From: Oikopleura dioica
Taxonomy: Eukaryota; Animalia; Chordata
Direction of reading: 5' to 3'
DNA length: 64,000 nt
Assembly: GCA_907165135.1 (NCBI GenBank)
Contig: OU015568.1
Coordinates: forward strand, 6,696,001 to 6,760,000
Position 1 is the stretch's first letter; the number at the start of each line of letters is the position of its first letter. The notes beneath the pieces are model-generated. The model made no database searches. It had not been told where the DNA came from and saw only the letters and a list, made by a program, of their open reading frames with translations. The position numbers and the translations under genes are program-made. Below are positions 48,469-60,547 of the stretch, piece after piece.

Positions 48469-51400
48469 CTAAAGATTGTATGCAAGATAATGTTCTGATT
48501 TGAAATCTATAGGCAGGACAAAGGAACTTAGTGCAGCTTTGCTCGTGTAGCTATCATAGTAAAGTCGCTCCACGCTGTTTCTGCCGACAATTAGGTAGAC
48601 ATCGTCAAAAGCAGCAACAGCAGGATTGAAGTAGGCCTAGAGATAAGATAGTTAACAATATTTCTCAATAAGTTTACATGTTGAAAGGAAGATAGCTGGA
48701 CCCATTTCTGCTCCCAATTGTTCTTGAGTATATAAATTGACTTTCCGCCATTATCGAATCCTCCAAGAGCGATCATGCTTTCATCGTCCAAACCAATGCA
48801 TTGTTTTCCATGCGAAGGTCTGAAAAATAAAATTATGAAAAATTTCTATCGAGGCTGATACTCATCGTTGTTGAAAAAGTCGCTGACTTTCTCCCAGTTG
48901 ACAGTTGTCGTCGTATATCTGGATCCGCCCCAATATCGATCATCGTATTCGTCTGCCCATCGCTTTCTCCTCTTTCTCCACCATCCTCCATATCCTCCCT
49001 TTCCCCTGGAATATGTCGTTGTCGTCTTTAATTGCTCGACGGAATGTGCCATATTTAGGTCTGCCGATCCAACAGCTATAAACTTCTTGTACGATTGCGA
49101 CTTAAATCTGTTATTACCTGTTATGTCGCCTTTGAAGAGTCCGACGCAACCGAGTCTATGAGACATTTTCGTCTTCTTTTCATAAATCTTCACTCGATCG
49201 CCGTTGAACATTTGGCATTCGTCAAAACTTCCCCAGCCGAAGCAAATATACACTGAATTGATGCTTTCAGAACCCTGGGGTTAATGGTTAAGGACCCCCT
49301 CTCCCCCACCCTCGTCAACAATTTTTAATGGGGGGGGTCCTTAAGGTAGTCCATTCCATCGAAAGAAGCAGTTTTGTAAGTTCAACTGATTGAATCACGG
49401 CGAGTCAACAAAACTAGTCTACTAAACCTAGTAGTGCTAAGTTTCTTCGCCGAAGCTGGCATCTTTGGTCAGACAGAAAGACGTGTGTTTCGCCGTTTTT
49501 GGCATGTAAGGTAATTCTCGCCTGCGTGGACCTTCTAAACTTCCAAGTAATCGAGTCGGCCCGGGGATTATTTTTAGTGATCTCGGTATAAAAGGGTCCT
49601 GGGAGCGGCGGTTTAGGTTAGATTTGTTTTACATCAGAGAGATATTCCCTGTGCGAAAACACCACGAAAACGAATGAAGAAATGGTTCGAGATTATTTCG
49701 AAAAATAAAAATAAAAAAATTATTCTAAATTTTATAAAAGAGAAATCATGAACCGTAAAAAGCTCCTCTCAACCTTTTTCTTCACATCCGTCCTCGCGAA
49801 AGAGCCTCAAGGTCAAGATGACTGCCCCAACTCCGCCTGGCAATTCGTTGCCAGCGCTTCCGGAAACTACTGCAAGCCGATCGGAGTCTCTGTAACTTGC
49901 GACAACCGGCTTATGCAAGTCGAGTTCACTCACCAGCACATCTACAAGAATCTCGACCCCGTTCATCTCGACAGTGAAGGATCTGCCGCCATCGCTGGTT
50001 TCGACGAATCCTGTTCTACGATCTCAAAAAGCGGTGGAGTCTACACGGCTTCGATCAAGCTTGACAAGTGCAACACTCAAGTCACTCAAGACGGCGGCAA
50101 AATCGTCTTCGAGAACTCCTTCAGCGGCAACACCGCCGCCCTCACTGTCCAAGGCATCATCATGACCAAAGTCCTTTCCTTCCCCGTCAGCTGCACCTAC
50201 GACGACTCAGTCACGCTCGAACTCAACCCTCTTCACTTGCAAGGCAGCGAAATCGACATCACTGGCATCTCGAACAACGGCACCTTCGGCGACTACTTCG
50301 ACATGGTCGCCTACCACGATCAAGAGTACAACACAGAAATCACGAGCGATAATGCTATCGTTATTGGTGAGACCGTATTTGTTCGAATCTTCGAACTGGA
50401 GAATATCCCGACAAATGTTGATTACTACCTCACCGACTGCACAGGCACCGGTTTTATTTTTATTAATCAAAAAGTTAATTTCAAATAAAAACCGACCAAA
50501 GCGTATAAAAAATTCGGAAAGCCTAATGCAGGCAAGTTCGAAATCGTCGACCAAATGTGCTACAACGAGCTGGTTTCTGCCACCAACGACCAGCCCATCC
50601 GTGGTGGTCAAAGACAGGGCGAAACTGGCATTACTTTTGACTTCACCGCTTTTGCTTTTGAAGGACAACCCGATCAGCTTTCAATGGTAAGTGAAAAGTG
50701 TTTTGGAAGTCGAAAAAATAAAAATGAATTAAGCAATGCTCGTTGAAACTTTGCGCTCTTGCTGTTGATGGAAGTACTGTCTTGTCCGACTGCGCTGTTC
50801 AAGCCGATCCCTGCCCGGCTGGTTTCTCCGATCAACTCGAACTCAGCAGATCGTTAGACTACCCTGAGCCTTTCCCAATTGAATAAATACTGATAATAAA
50901 TGCTTGTTCAAAATGAAAAAATGACGCTCCTTCGCAGGTACCTCAAACGCTAGAATATTCTCGCACTTTGAACTTACCCTCGTCTCCTTCTGAGTCAACT
51001 TGGATTCCAGACGAGAACTTGTGGCTTTAACGAGTCTCAAATTTCAGCATAGCTCGTTGTTTTTCAACATGAGTTGAAGCGGGTTTGAATTTCAAGCTCT
51101 AATACAAACAAGAACAAACGGGCCGGTACGCAATATCGATAAACTACCAAGTAGTAACCAAGCACGCAACTACTAAGTAAGAAGATTATTTGAGAGTATC
51201 CTTTGTTTAAGCTTTTTTCCACTTGCTTTTATTTGACTTCCCTCCAATTTCAAAATCTGAAAAAGACATTATTTTGGAAAAAGAAGCCCTCAATTCTACC
51301 GCAATCGAATCCACGTGACCGCCAAAAAAGTACGCCTTATTCTTGAAAACAGCGATCCCAGCATCTTTGATCGCTTCTTCGATTTGTTTTCCTGGGTAGG

Positions 51401-53843
51401 AAAGTCCCTCTTGATTTATTTTTCCAACTGCGTTCAAGTCGTACATTCCCGTTGTTGTCAGGACCTTGATCGAGCGATGTTTCTTAATAAAATAAATGAA
51501 TAAAAGCTTTTTTATAAACAGTCCCTTGCATTCTTCAAATCGAGGTCTTTGAACTCAGACTCTGATTCTCAGAGAGTGGGCATGAATTCCGACCTTATAA
51601 ATCTCACATTTTAGTACTTTCTGCAGTATCAAATTTATAAGGTCAGTCTTCCTCGCAGTTCCGCAAGTAAATAGAAGACATGAAAAATTTCAGACCTGAG
51701 ATAGAGATTTGGCTGTAACGGAGGGTTTTAGAGTACACTCTTAATTGTTATTTATTTTCAGAAAAGTTTTCGATGGCTGTTTTTAAGTTCTCCCTTTCGG
51801 GATCAAGATCTTTCTGCAGCCTTGGCTGCGGCAAAAAAATGGGGATACTTCTTTTCTGGTTTTTCTATATCCTCTGCTTACCGATCGTCTTTATCAATTT
51901 TATTTTCTGGAAAGAAAGCAAAAATATTTCAACTCTATTTATTAATTTTACAATTTTAACATTTTTAAAAAGGCCGTTTGCAATTTTTTACAAATGCTGC
52001 TGCTGCCGAAGATACTCTCAATTTCGGAACGAGCTGATAATGACAACTTTTGGTCTCTTGGGCTACGTCACACTTCTTTTACTGTGGATCTTCTACGGTT
52101 ATGATTACTGGGCGATTTCCGAGAATGACTGGTATAATTTATTGTTTATCGTCTATTTCTACGCGATCGGGGCTTCACTGTTTATCTTTTTTAAAATTGC
52201 TCTTGTTGCTTGCTTAGGTACTATAATCTCCTAATAGACAATGAAAGATATTTATAGGAGATGAGGAAGAAGACGACGAAGATGATCAAGCCGCAAGATT
52301 TCTTGCTGGTCTCATCACGCTTCGCATTTTTCAACGACAACAAGAAGAACGGGCTCGCCGACAGTATATCTCTGATATGCTTGAACGAGCCTTTAGCGAT
52401 TCTTGAGGGAAAAAAGGTAATTCAAGGTAATATTTCGATTTAGTTCTACGATAGTGTATTTTCAGAAAATCCTCTGTCAGCCAAGATTTCTTTGAATAAA
52501 TTATTCTCGCTCAAAAATACGAAAAAAAAACCTTTTATTTTACCTCGCATGATTTGCCATGAAATCCAGCAGGACATTTGCACTTGAAAGTTTTCTTGTC
52601 TTTATCGGTCCCACAAATTCCTCCATGTTTGCAAGGCTTCCCATCACAAGGTTTCTTTTCGCAGAAATTGCCGACAGTGTTGTCAGGGCAGTCGCAAACT
52701 TCCTTGTTTTGATAAACATGGCATTTTCCACCGTTTTTACACGGATTGATCGAACAGCGCTCATGCTCACAAAGTGTCCCGTGGAATCGAGTTTTGCATT
52801 CGCAAGTGAACTCGTCCTCAGGTCTTGGTTCGTGCTGAAATGAATTTTTGATGAATCTGCTGTTCCAAATACACACTGTACCTCTTTGGTTTTCTTACAG
52901 GCGCCATTATTCCGGCACGGATTTGGGTTACAAACGTCGATCTAATTTTAACGGGTTTTGATTTTTATTCGCTCTGAATTCAAACATCGTTTCAAATTAA
53001 TAAACTCAAAGCCCGTTCCTCGCAGAACTTCCCATGCCGACCTGGAACGCAATCGCAAACGAAGCCAGGTTTCTCCTCGTCCACAAGGCAAACTCCTTTT
53101 GATTCGCAAGGATTTGGTTGGCAAAACGACGTTTCGCATGTTTCGCCATAATGGGAATTTGGACAGGCGCACTCGAAGGAGTAAGTTTTGTTGTTGACCG
53201 AGCAAAATCCGTTGTTTTTGCACGGTTTTTCTTTTTACCAAGGTCAAATTCAGCTGGGTGGGACGGTTTTTAAAATGATAAAAAGGTTGTTTTTAGCTCT
53301 AATTTGTTTGATTGACTTTGGTTTTCCTTACAAAAAAAGGGAAAACCAAAAAAATCGTTGAAGAAAAGAGATTTTTAAGGGGGATATTCATCTAGTCAGG
53401 AATGTCAAAAATGTCACGAATGTCGGAATTTACCCGAAAATCGAAGAAATTTCAAAGATTGCGAAAAAGCTTAATCCTAACCCAGTGTTCGTAACACTAA
53501 CCCTAACCTGAGGTTTTTGACTAAGTCAGTGCCCCTCCCCCTCAACTTTGACCCGTCCCTGCACAAGGCTCCAGTTCACAGAAACTACCGGTGAATTCGT
53601 CAGGACAGCTACATTTGGCCACAATTTTGGACATATTTCTATTCGCCAAATCACACAAGCCCCTATTCAGACATGGATCTGGATCGCAAACTAAAAATAA
53701 TTTCTCTCAAGAAGTCTCTGATTGATTTTTTTACTTGTCGTTCTGAATTGAGTAAACCAAATTGCGAATAAAATCCCTATAACCAAAATTGCAGCGCCGA
53801 GGCCTTTCAGACAGTTCTTTTCCTTTGTTTTGAGTTTTCTCAT
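48469..53843 (-). CDS. Type II membrane protein with ~8 EGF repeats and a kelch-like beta-propeller
   Basis: N-terminal TM (LGAAILVIGILFAIWF); EGF exons at 53560-53690, 53020-53230 and 52545-52940; propeller exons with AYFFGG, VYICF, FIAVG, MIALGG. Exons join in frame across introns 51483-52543 and 49275-50977. Confidence 0.75.
49292..49340. mobile_element. Minimal TTAA-flanked fold-back element (49 bp)
   Basis: TTAA-GGACCCCC...GGGGGTCC-TTAA. Confidence 0.6.
49587..49593 (+). promoter_or_regulatory. Candidate TATA box of the nested ZP gene
   Basis: TATAAAA ~160 nt upstream of ATG 49748. Confidence 0.45.
49748..50886 (+). CDS. Secreted ZP-domain protein, nested antisense in an EGF-kelch intron
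   Basis: Signal peptide; VSVTCDNRLMQVEF, IKLDKCNTQV, FPVSCTY, GETVFVRI, YYLTDCT, FDFTAFAF and QCSLKLC ZP pattern. 3 exons. Confidence 0.9.
51773..52406 (+). CDS. Small multi-pass membrane protein, nested antisense in an EGF-kelch intron
   Basis: 153-aa ORF with 3-4 hydrophobic segments and CCCC; GT-AG intron to an in-frame acidic last exon (GDEEEDDEDDQ...FSDS*). Confidence 0.7.
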
Positions 53844-53985
53844 TTTCGAATATTTTATTTTCTGCGCTTGAGGACTCGTCAAGGTAGTTATCTTGCTCGT
53901 ACGGTGAACTTTAGAGGCGAGTTAGCGAGATTAGACCTTTTTTAGGATTTGGAAACAACGTAACAATAAAATTATTGTTAAGGGG

Positions 53986-54368
53986 CAGAATTGCAAATCT
54001 TGCTTTATTTTTGCTGAGCTGAGCTGACCTCAGTAAAAATTTTTCTGAGCTGAGCTGAGCTGGCCTTTTTCAGAGGTAATTGAGCGGAGCTGAGCTGAGC
54101 TGAGCTAGTTGAGCTGAGCTGAGCTAGTTGAACTGAGCTAAGCTATTTTTAAAATCATTGAGCTGAGCTGAGTGAACATAGTCTGAGCTGAGCTGAGCAG
54201 ATCAGATAATTTTCAAAAATCACTGAGCTGAGCTGAGCGACTGCTCAGCTCACTCAGCTAGCTCAGCTCACTCAGCTAGCTCAGCTCACTCAGCTAGCTC
54301 AGCTCACTCAGCTAGCTCAGCTCACTCAACTAGCTCAGCTCACTCAGCTCAGCAAATTTGCAACTCTG
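53986..54368. mobile_element. hAT-type MITE, AGCTG family
   Basis: CAGAATTGCAAATC ... AAATTTGCAACTCTG. TSD GTTAAGGGG/GTTAGGGG (1-nt indel). Confidence 0.9.
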
Positions 54369-55427
54369 GTTAGGGGTCCTAACTTAGCACTGTTTCCAGC
54401 ATCAACCCTATTTCCTGGTCGATGGACTGGTTGAGAAACCCATATTTTTAAACGCTTTCAATCACGTGTCGATGGAAAAGAATAGTACTAATACTACGTC
54501 AGACTGAGGGACCAGCTTTGTTTTCATTAATCGTGACGACTTCTGTCTACCTGAAGATTTTTATAAGTTTGATTTTTCCCTTACGTAAAAAGAGAAAGAG
54601 CGAGAGCCGATGGCGCTGCACTGCTAGTAGTATTCAAACGTAGTCGCCCCTTTCATCCGTATAAACCAAATATTCGATAATGGCAAAGCTCGTTCGTGTA
54701 TTTTCTTTTTTATGCATTTTTCCAAGCCTTTTTCTGCTGAAATTTGCGAGGAATCCCCGCTCCAGAGAATTTCCCAAGCTTGGAACGAAAAAATTTACGA
54801 GTTTTTCCGGTCAAATCTGTTGCTTGTAAAAATTCAAAAAATAAAAAAGGTAAAAAATAAAGGTCCTCAAAAGAAGATTCTTCATTAATTAATAAGGAGA
54901 AGAGACAGTAAGATGTTCGATAAAATTCATCGAAAAAATCGACGGGAAGACGAAAAAGATTGTTGTGAAAAGTATGTCTGAGTTTGCCCAAGAAACAAAA
55001 GCGACGAAAAAGTTCAAGGGCGTGATCGTGACTTCTGCGGATTTGAAAGTTGTAAAAGGTACACCCTTATCATAAAAAATCAATCCAAATCTTCGTAGAA
55101 ACGATTTCCACGGAGAAGAAAGACTGGAAGAGCTTCAAAAGGTCCTCAAATGTCGAAAGCAAAAGAACTGTCTCAAAACGCCAGAGAAACTTTTCAAACT
55201 CAAGAAGCCGAAAAAGTCGAAGAAGAGTCCTCACTTGATAACGTAAGTCGATACTTGTTACGTCGTAACTAAAACAATGAAAAAGTGAATGTAAAAAAAA
55301 TCCGTCATGTGTTGACATGATAAATATCGTCAGGGAATCAACAAAAGTGAATGTTGGTTTACATCTGGCAGTTATTAAATGACATCATAAAATAGAAAAT
55401 TGATAGTTTTAGCTTTTCTCACGGACT

Positions 55428-55655
55428 CAGAGTTGCAAATTTTGTGAGCTAGCTGAGCTACAGCTCCGCCCAGCTCAGCTCAGCTAGCTCAGTTTGAGAA
55501 ATCGTCAGCTCAGCTCAGCTCAATTTATTGAAAAAAAATCAGCTCAGCTCAGCTCAGTTTTTTTAAAAGAGGCCAGCTCGGCTCAGCTCAGCTCAATTTC
55601 GACCTCAGCTCAGCTAGCTCAGCTCAGAAATAGTTTTCAAAAATTTGAAACCCTG
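55428..55655. mobile_element. hAT-type MITE, AGCTG family
   Basis: CAGAGTTGCAAATTT ... AAATTTGAAACCCTG. Perfect TSD CACGGACT. Confidence 0.92.
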
Positions 55656-56151
55656 CACGGACTCATTGTTCTATCTTATCTCTTTCTATGACTGTTCAAA
55701 ACCTAATGAGTAGTTTATATATTCATACTATTAATAGATGCATACTCTTAGTATTTCGGATTTTAACAGTCATAAAAAAGGGATAAATTGAATTGAACTT
55801 TGCGAGAAAAACTTTCACTATCAATTTTCTTGTTTATGATATAATTGGACTGTAGCGGCAAATTAAAAAATAGATCAATCAAGATTCTGCTAGAAGGATT
55901 CTTTCGACACTCATCGGGAGTCGGCAAGGTCTTTGTCTTCCTTGATTTCAAGTATCAAAATGAGGGTCATTGTACCATAGTTTGTGTAGTATTTACTCGC
56001 TGATTCAAGCGTTTGACACAATCTTGCGATAATGGCCCTTGAGAAGCGGGCTTTAAAAGATCTTGGAAAAACAACACTTTCTAGCGTGAATCACCCAATT
56101 CTCCGGAAGCGACTCATTTTGCTAGGAATTCTGAAAAATTGAATATTTCAG

Positions 56152-57030
56152 GGAAATTCAAATCTCCACGACAAAGTCGTTCATTCCCGGTTTTCACCAG
56201 ATCACTTGGGATGTTCAAGAATGGAACGGGACGAAAATTGATGTCGACTCCGACTCTCGCTTCAAGACGAAAAACTGCGACAAGGGCAAAAAGTGGACGC
56301 TGAAAATTCTCGAGCCAGAGCATCGAGGAATCTACTACGCCCATGTTGGAGCGACGAATGATTATGAAAGAGTGGCGATTACGAAGCAGAAGAAAGCGGA
56401 TTACATTCACTCGGATTTTTTGGACGTCTGTAAATCGAGCGAAAAGAACTTTTGCTCAATGGTAAGGCTTGAATATTACCTTGAATCTTTCAATTAATTT
56501 TGTTAAGGAAACGTCGCTAGAAATGAACGGTTGCAACGGCGGGTACTGCTGCGTCCATGAAATTTACACCGAGCCAGAATGCGTCTGTAAAAGCGGACTG
56601 GTCGGAAAAACTTGCCGAGAACTAGCCAGAAGCACGGAAAATCTACCGACAAACGGGGGTCTTCAGCTGAAAGAATGGATGTCGACGTTGTTCTTGTTGC
56701 TTTTTGTCGCTGGATTTGCTTTTGGGTCTGTTCTGCTTTGGAAGAGAAAGAAAAATGACAGGAAAGGATCAGACTTTTTTTCCTCCGTTTTTAATTGATA
56801 AAAAATGATCCTCAAACAGACTGCAAATCGAACGAAACCTCGAAAAGCGCCGGAATACAGAGCAGCTTGAAAACTCGATGACTTTTCTCGCTAGTACCTT
56901 AGATGCTTCCCAGCAGCATTTACAGATACCCAACTCTGTATCGAAAGTTTCTCTTGTTTCAAATAGAAGTGAGAAATCTTTGCTATCTCCACCTTGTGGA
57001 CATATTTTTAATCAAAGCCAGTTTCAGTAA
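56152..57030 (+). CDS. Ig-like + EGF + TM protein, neuregulin/EGFR-ligand-like (upstream exons probably from ~54900)
   Basis: ITW...WTLKI...GIYY (Ig-like); VCKSSEKNFC...CNGGYC...ECVCKSGLVGKTC; TM; basic stop-transfer KRKK. The tail joins through a GA-AG intron (56762-56819). Confidence 0.55.
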
Positions 57031-57308
57031 AGTTCAAAAAAGAAACTAAATTCTGTTGAAATTCAATTTGTAAAATTTGTGTTCCCTATTTTGCCTACCG
57101 TATACCTGTCTGTCTCTTTTGTATCTAAAACTGTATATTGTAATAAAAAATGAGCAAAGTCTTCAAAATCGACTCTCGTTTACCTAAAATTTAATCGATA
57201 GATCATTATTACGAATAGTAGTATTTATTCAGTGATTTACTGTTCTGACTTTCAGGGAGTGACAATATTTACAGCAGTTACAGTGTGGCAGATTTACTAT
57301 CAACGTGT

Positions 57309-57703
57309 TTAAATCTTCGCGACGGGTATTTGCGTTGAGTTCTTGAAATAGCTCCTCAAAATTTCCATGGATCTTTCGCTTCTGGAGTCGTTGAGTAGAA
57401 CCGCGCCGTATTGTGACGTTGCAGGCGAGGACGTAACGCTGCTTCCTCGAGGGACGTAATCGTACAGTACCCGTAAATCACGCTGCTTCCAATTTCCATA
57501 GATAGTAGATTTAGTCGGCTTATGAATCATAAGTTATGATCCTCCTCTCGGCTCGGCATTACGACGCATTTAACGAAGATAAACACCATCGCCATGATAC
57601 AAAGGCCTGTAATGACAACATACAGGAACATCATCACAGCTGGGAAGATAAACTCCAGACGCTTTTCTTCGGCGGCAGTCAGAGCGGCCACTTCGAGTCT
57701 CAT
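57309..57703 (-). CDS. Small single-pass membrane protein
   Basis: MRLEVAAL...FIFPAVMMFLYVVITGLCIMAMVFIFVKC; probable GA-AG intron to ORF 57309-57530. Confidence 0.5.
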
Positions 57704-58041
57704 CTTTTTTCGCAGATTAAATTTCCCACAGTGACGTTAATTCTCTTCTATGATTTCAACGCTTGAGGAACAATTGTATAGTGATTCGGTACTAATTGTT
57801 GCGCGCTTATAAACCGGTTTTCACCCCTCTCTCTAGCGACTATTGCAAATTGCAATGGCTACTATTGAACACAGTAGGAGCTAATTGAACGAGTCCGATC
57901 AACATTAGATATGCAAAATTAGAAAGAGATCTAAGGACAGATGATTTCCGATATTGATCAATCCGAACCTGCAGGTCGCCACAAGTAGGCCATCTGGTCA
58001 ATTCCTCCCCCATGCTACCTTTATTGCTCTCATAAAATAGT

Positions 58042-58630
58042 TTATTCGTTTTTATATCCAGAAATCGACTCGACAAACAGTTCAAAAGATGAGTCAAATA
58101 TCTTGTCAGAAATTAGGAATCCGATTCCTTTCAATTGGGAAGGATCTATTGGCGGTATTTTGGACACTTTTCGGCCTCTCCAGAAGAACTCGGCGGAATC
58201 AAAAGGAATTTTCACCGTCGTCCAGTCTTTTTTTGCTTTGAAATTGGCAATATATGATCCCTGACAGCTAATGATAAGAAGAGCGTAACATATTGCCTTT
58301 TACCTTTGCGTAACTCATGGTCATGTCGGTTTGAACGGGATAAAAGCGCGCTTGAAAGTTACGATTTTCAGAGCCTCTGACGCTCATTTCGATGCCGTCA
58401 AATCCTGCAAACGTTCCTGGTTCGAATTGAGTCTGGCAACTTGCGAAACCACCGAAAAAATGATCCGATAATTTTCCGTAAAACTTTAGCATTTTGTCCA
58501 TTTTCTCTACATAGCCGACGCTAGAATATTGTTTTATAAAGCCCTCTATCTTTGTTCTTATCTACCTTGATCCAAGCATAACAGTATCATTGACGGCAAA
58601 CCATGTATTTTCCAAAAAGTTGAAGTTCAT
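58042..58630 (-). CDS. Stand-alone CIA30 (PF08547)-domain protein, paralogue 1
   Basis: WFAVNDTVMLGSS, GGFASC, SYIANF, WTTVKIPF, WRG, GIGFLISDK, FELFVESISGY. Confidence 0.85.
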
Positions 58631-58783
58631 TATCTCTATCAGAGGACTATGATACGCTGCTACTCCCCTCAAGTAGCTACCTTGCTTTAGGGCACCGAAA
58701 CCTGCTTACTCTTCAGCTTTTTCTAGGTCAATTTTCTTGTCAATGGTACTTAATAAGTCGACATAATCTTTTTTGAGATAGTT

Positions 58784-59444
58784 TTATTCATTCTTGTAGC
58801 CAGAAATAGAGTCGACGAAGAGCTCGAAAGAAGAATCAAAAACCTTGTCAGCAATGAGAAATCCCATTCCCTTCAGCTGGGCTGGATCAATTGGAGGCAT
58901 TCCAGATGGTCGTCGTCCTCTCCAGCTGTATTCAGTCGAGTCAAAGGGAATTCGGACGGTTGTCCATTCTGGGGTGGCTTTGAAATTGGCAGTGTATGAT
59001 CCCTAGACATGGAAATTTGCTCGTGAATAAAAATAAGTAGGGAACGAACCTGAGCGTATCTTCCGTAAGCGTCACTTTCAACAGGATGAAATCGGGCTTG
59101 GAAGGTTCTTTCGGATCCTTTGACGTTTATTTCAATTCCGTCGAATCCAGCAAGCGCTCCTTTTTCAGCGATAATGGAAGAGTTCCATTATTGAAACTTT
59201 CAATTTGAAAGTATCATTTTATCGCCCTTTCCTGGTTCAAATCGAGTCCGGCAGCTGGCGAAACCTCCGTTGAAATCGGACGACAACTGCCCATAGAACT
59301 TGAGCATATTGTCCAGCTTCTCGACATATCCAGCGCTAGAATCGATTACATAACACCTCCTATCTCTTCTCCTTCTTACCTGACGCCTCCCATGACGTTG
59401 TCATTGACAGCGTACCATCTCAGTCCCAAAAAGTCAAAGTTCAT
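58784..59444 (-). CDS. Stand-alone CIA30 (PF08547)-domain protein, paralogue 2
   Basis: WYAVNDNVMGGVS, GGFASC, SYTANF, WTTVRIPF, IDPAQLKGMGFLIADK, FELFVDSISGY. Similar intron layout to paralogue 1. Confidence 0.85.
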
Positions 59445-59824
59445 CTCAACCGATTTCGCTCTAATGTTCAAAAAACAAAAAGAGATAAATTTTGTTATTC
59501 TCATCTCGAAAATGAATTTCAGTTTTTTCAGGGCAGGCAAAAACGGACTCGCGAACAGTTACGTCAACAGCTAGTCATATTTGGGTTCAACCGAGTTCGC
59601 TATTCGTTTTTTGGGCAAATTTGGGAAGACAACATTGATCATCCTTTATTCTTCTTTGACAAGCTATAAAAGCAAGCGAGGATACCTACTGAAAATGGGC
59701 GGAAGTGTGTGGTCCTGCCTTTGGGCCAGACAAAGGAACCTAGTGAACATTTCTTGAGTTGGACATAAAACTGAACTAAAGAGGTCAAAACGATCCAGGC
59801 AGAAAAGATGAATCATCTTCAATC

Positions 59825-60103
59825 TCACATAAAATCGTCGGAATCATTGTCGGAGTCGTTGTTCGTCGTCGCGGGCGGATCATCTTCAAAGAGTCTATCG
59901 TATGACTTTTCGTATCTTTCCTTCTCGCATTGCAGCTTGAAGGCCTTTTCTTTCTCAGCTGCGTCTTTCGCCTTGGCTTTTTGCTCGGCGAGGACTTCAG
60001 CGTCCCGGGCGAGTCGTTCCGCCTGCAGATCTGGCTTCATGTCCTCTGAGCGCGTCTTTTCGATCTTTTTCACGATGTCGTTGTTTTTCTTCGCGGTGAT
60101 GTA
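59825..60103 (-). CDS. CCDC25: Last exon of CCDC25; the rest of the gene is not found in the window
   Basis: KKNNDIVKKIEKTR...PDLQAER...SYDRLF...NDSDDFM* matches the CCDC25 C-terminus. Preceded by GCTAACTTCAG acceptor with an in-frame stop upstream. Confidence 0.75.
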   Translation of the reverse strand, partial: YITAKKNNDIVKKIEKTRSEDMKPDLQAERLARDAEVLAEQKAKAKDAAEKEKAFKLQCEKERYEKSYDRLFEDDPPATTNNDSDNDSDDFM

Positions 60104-60547
60104 CTGAAGTTAGCGTCCCGAGATCAACTCCGTCGTCCATTCTAATTAGTGGTTTTTGTAACTCGGTAACGCTAAGTTAGAAGACGGCGACGGGAAGCCG
60201 CGAATTCATTAATGCGTACTTTATTGTAGGATCAAGTCCTGAGGTACAGAAATGGCGCAGTAAAGAGAGACCAATTAGTAACCGGTCAAGCATTGCTTGA
60301 AGTGTAACGTGGAAAATTGATGGAGCGGGATGTATTTGATGGAACTATGCATGTGAGTGTGCGTTCACCCATAAACGGAAGAGCGAAGAGTGATAGATAC
60401 TTTTAAAGAAGTGTAAGCGAGTATGCGAAACCCAATATATTAATATTGAAACGAAATTGAATAGGTCTTGAGGTGATTTTAAATCGATTTCATATTTTTT
60501 CTTCTATACTCAGCTTCGAAAAAAGAATTTTTAAATCGTTGAACAGC

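Noticed and set aside
50445-50515. GC-AG intron in the ZP gene
   Set aside because: A canonical GT donor 6 nt downstream is also in frame, so a non-canonical call is not needed.
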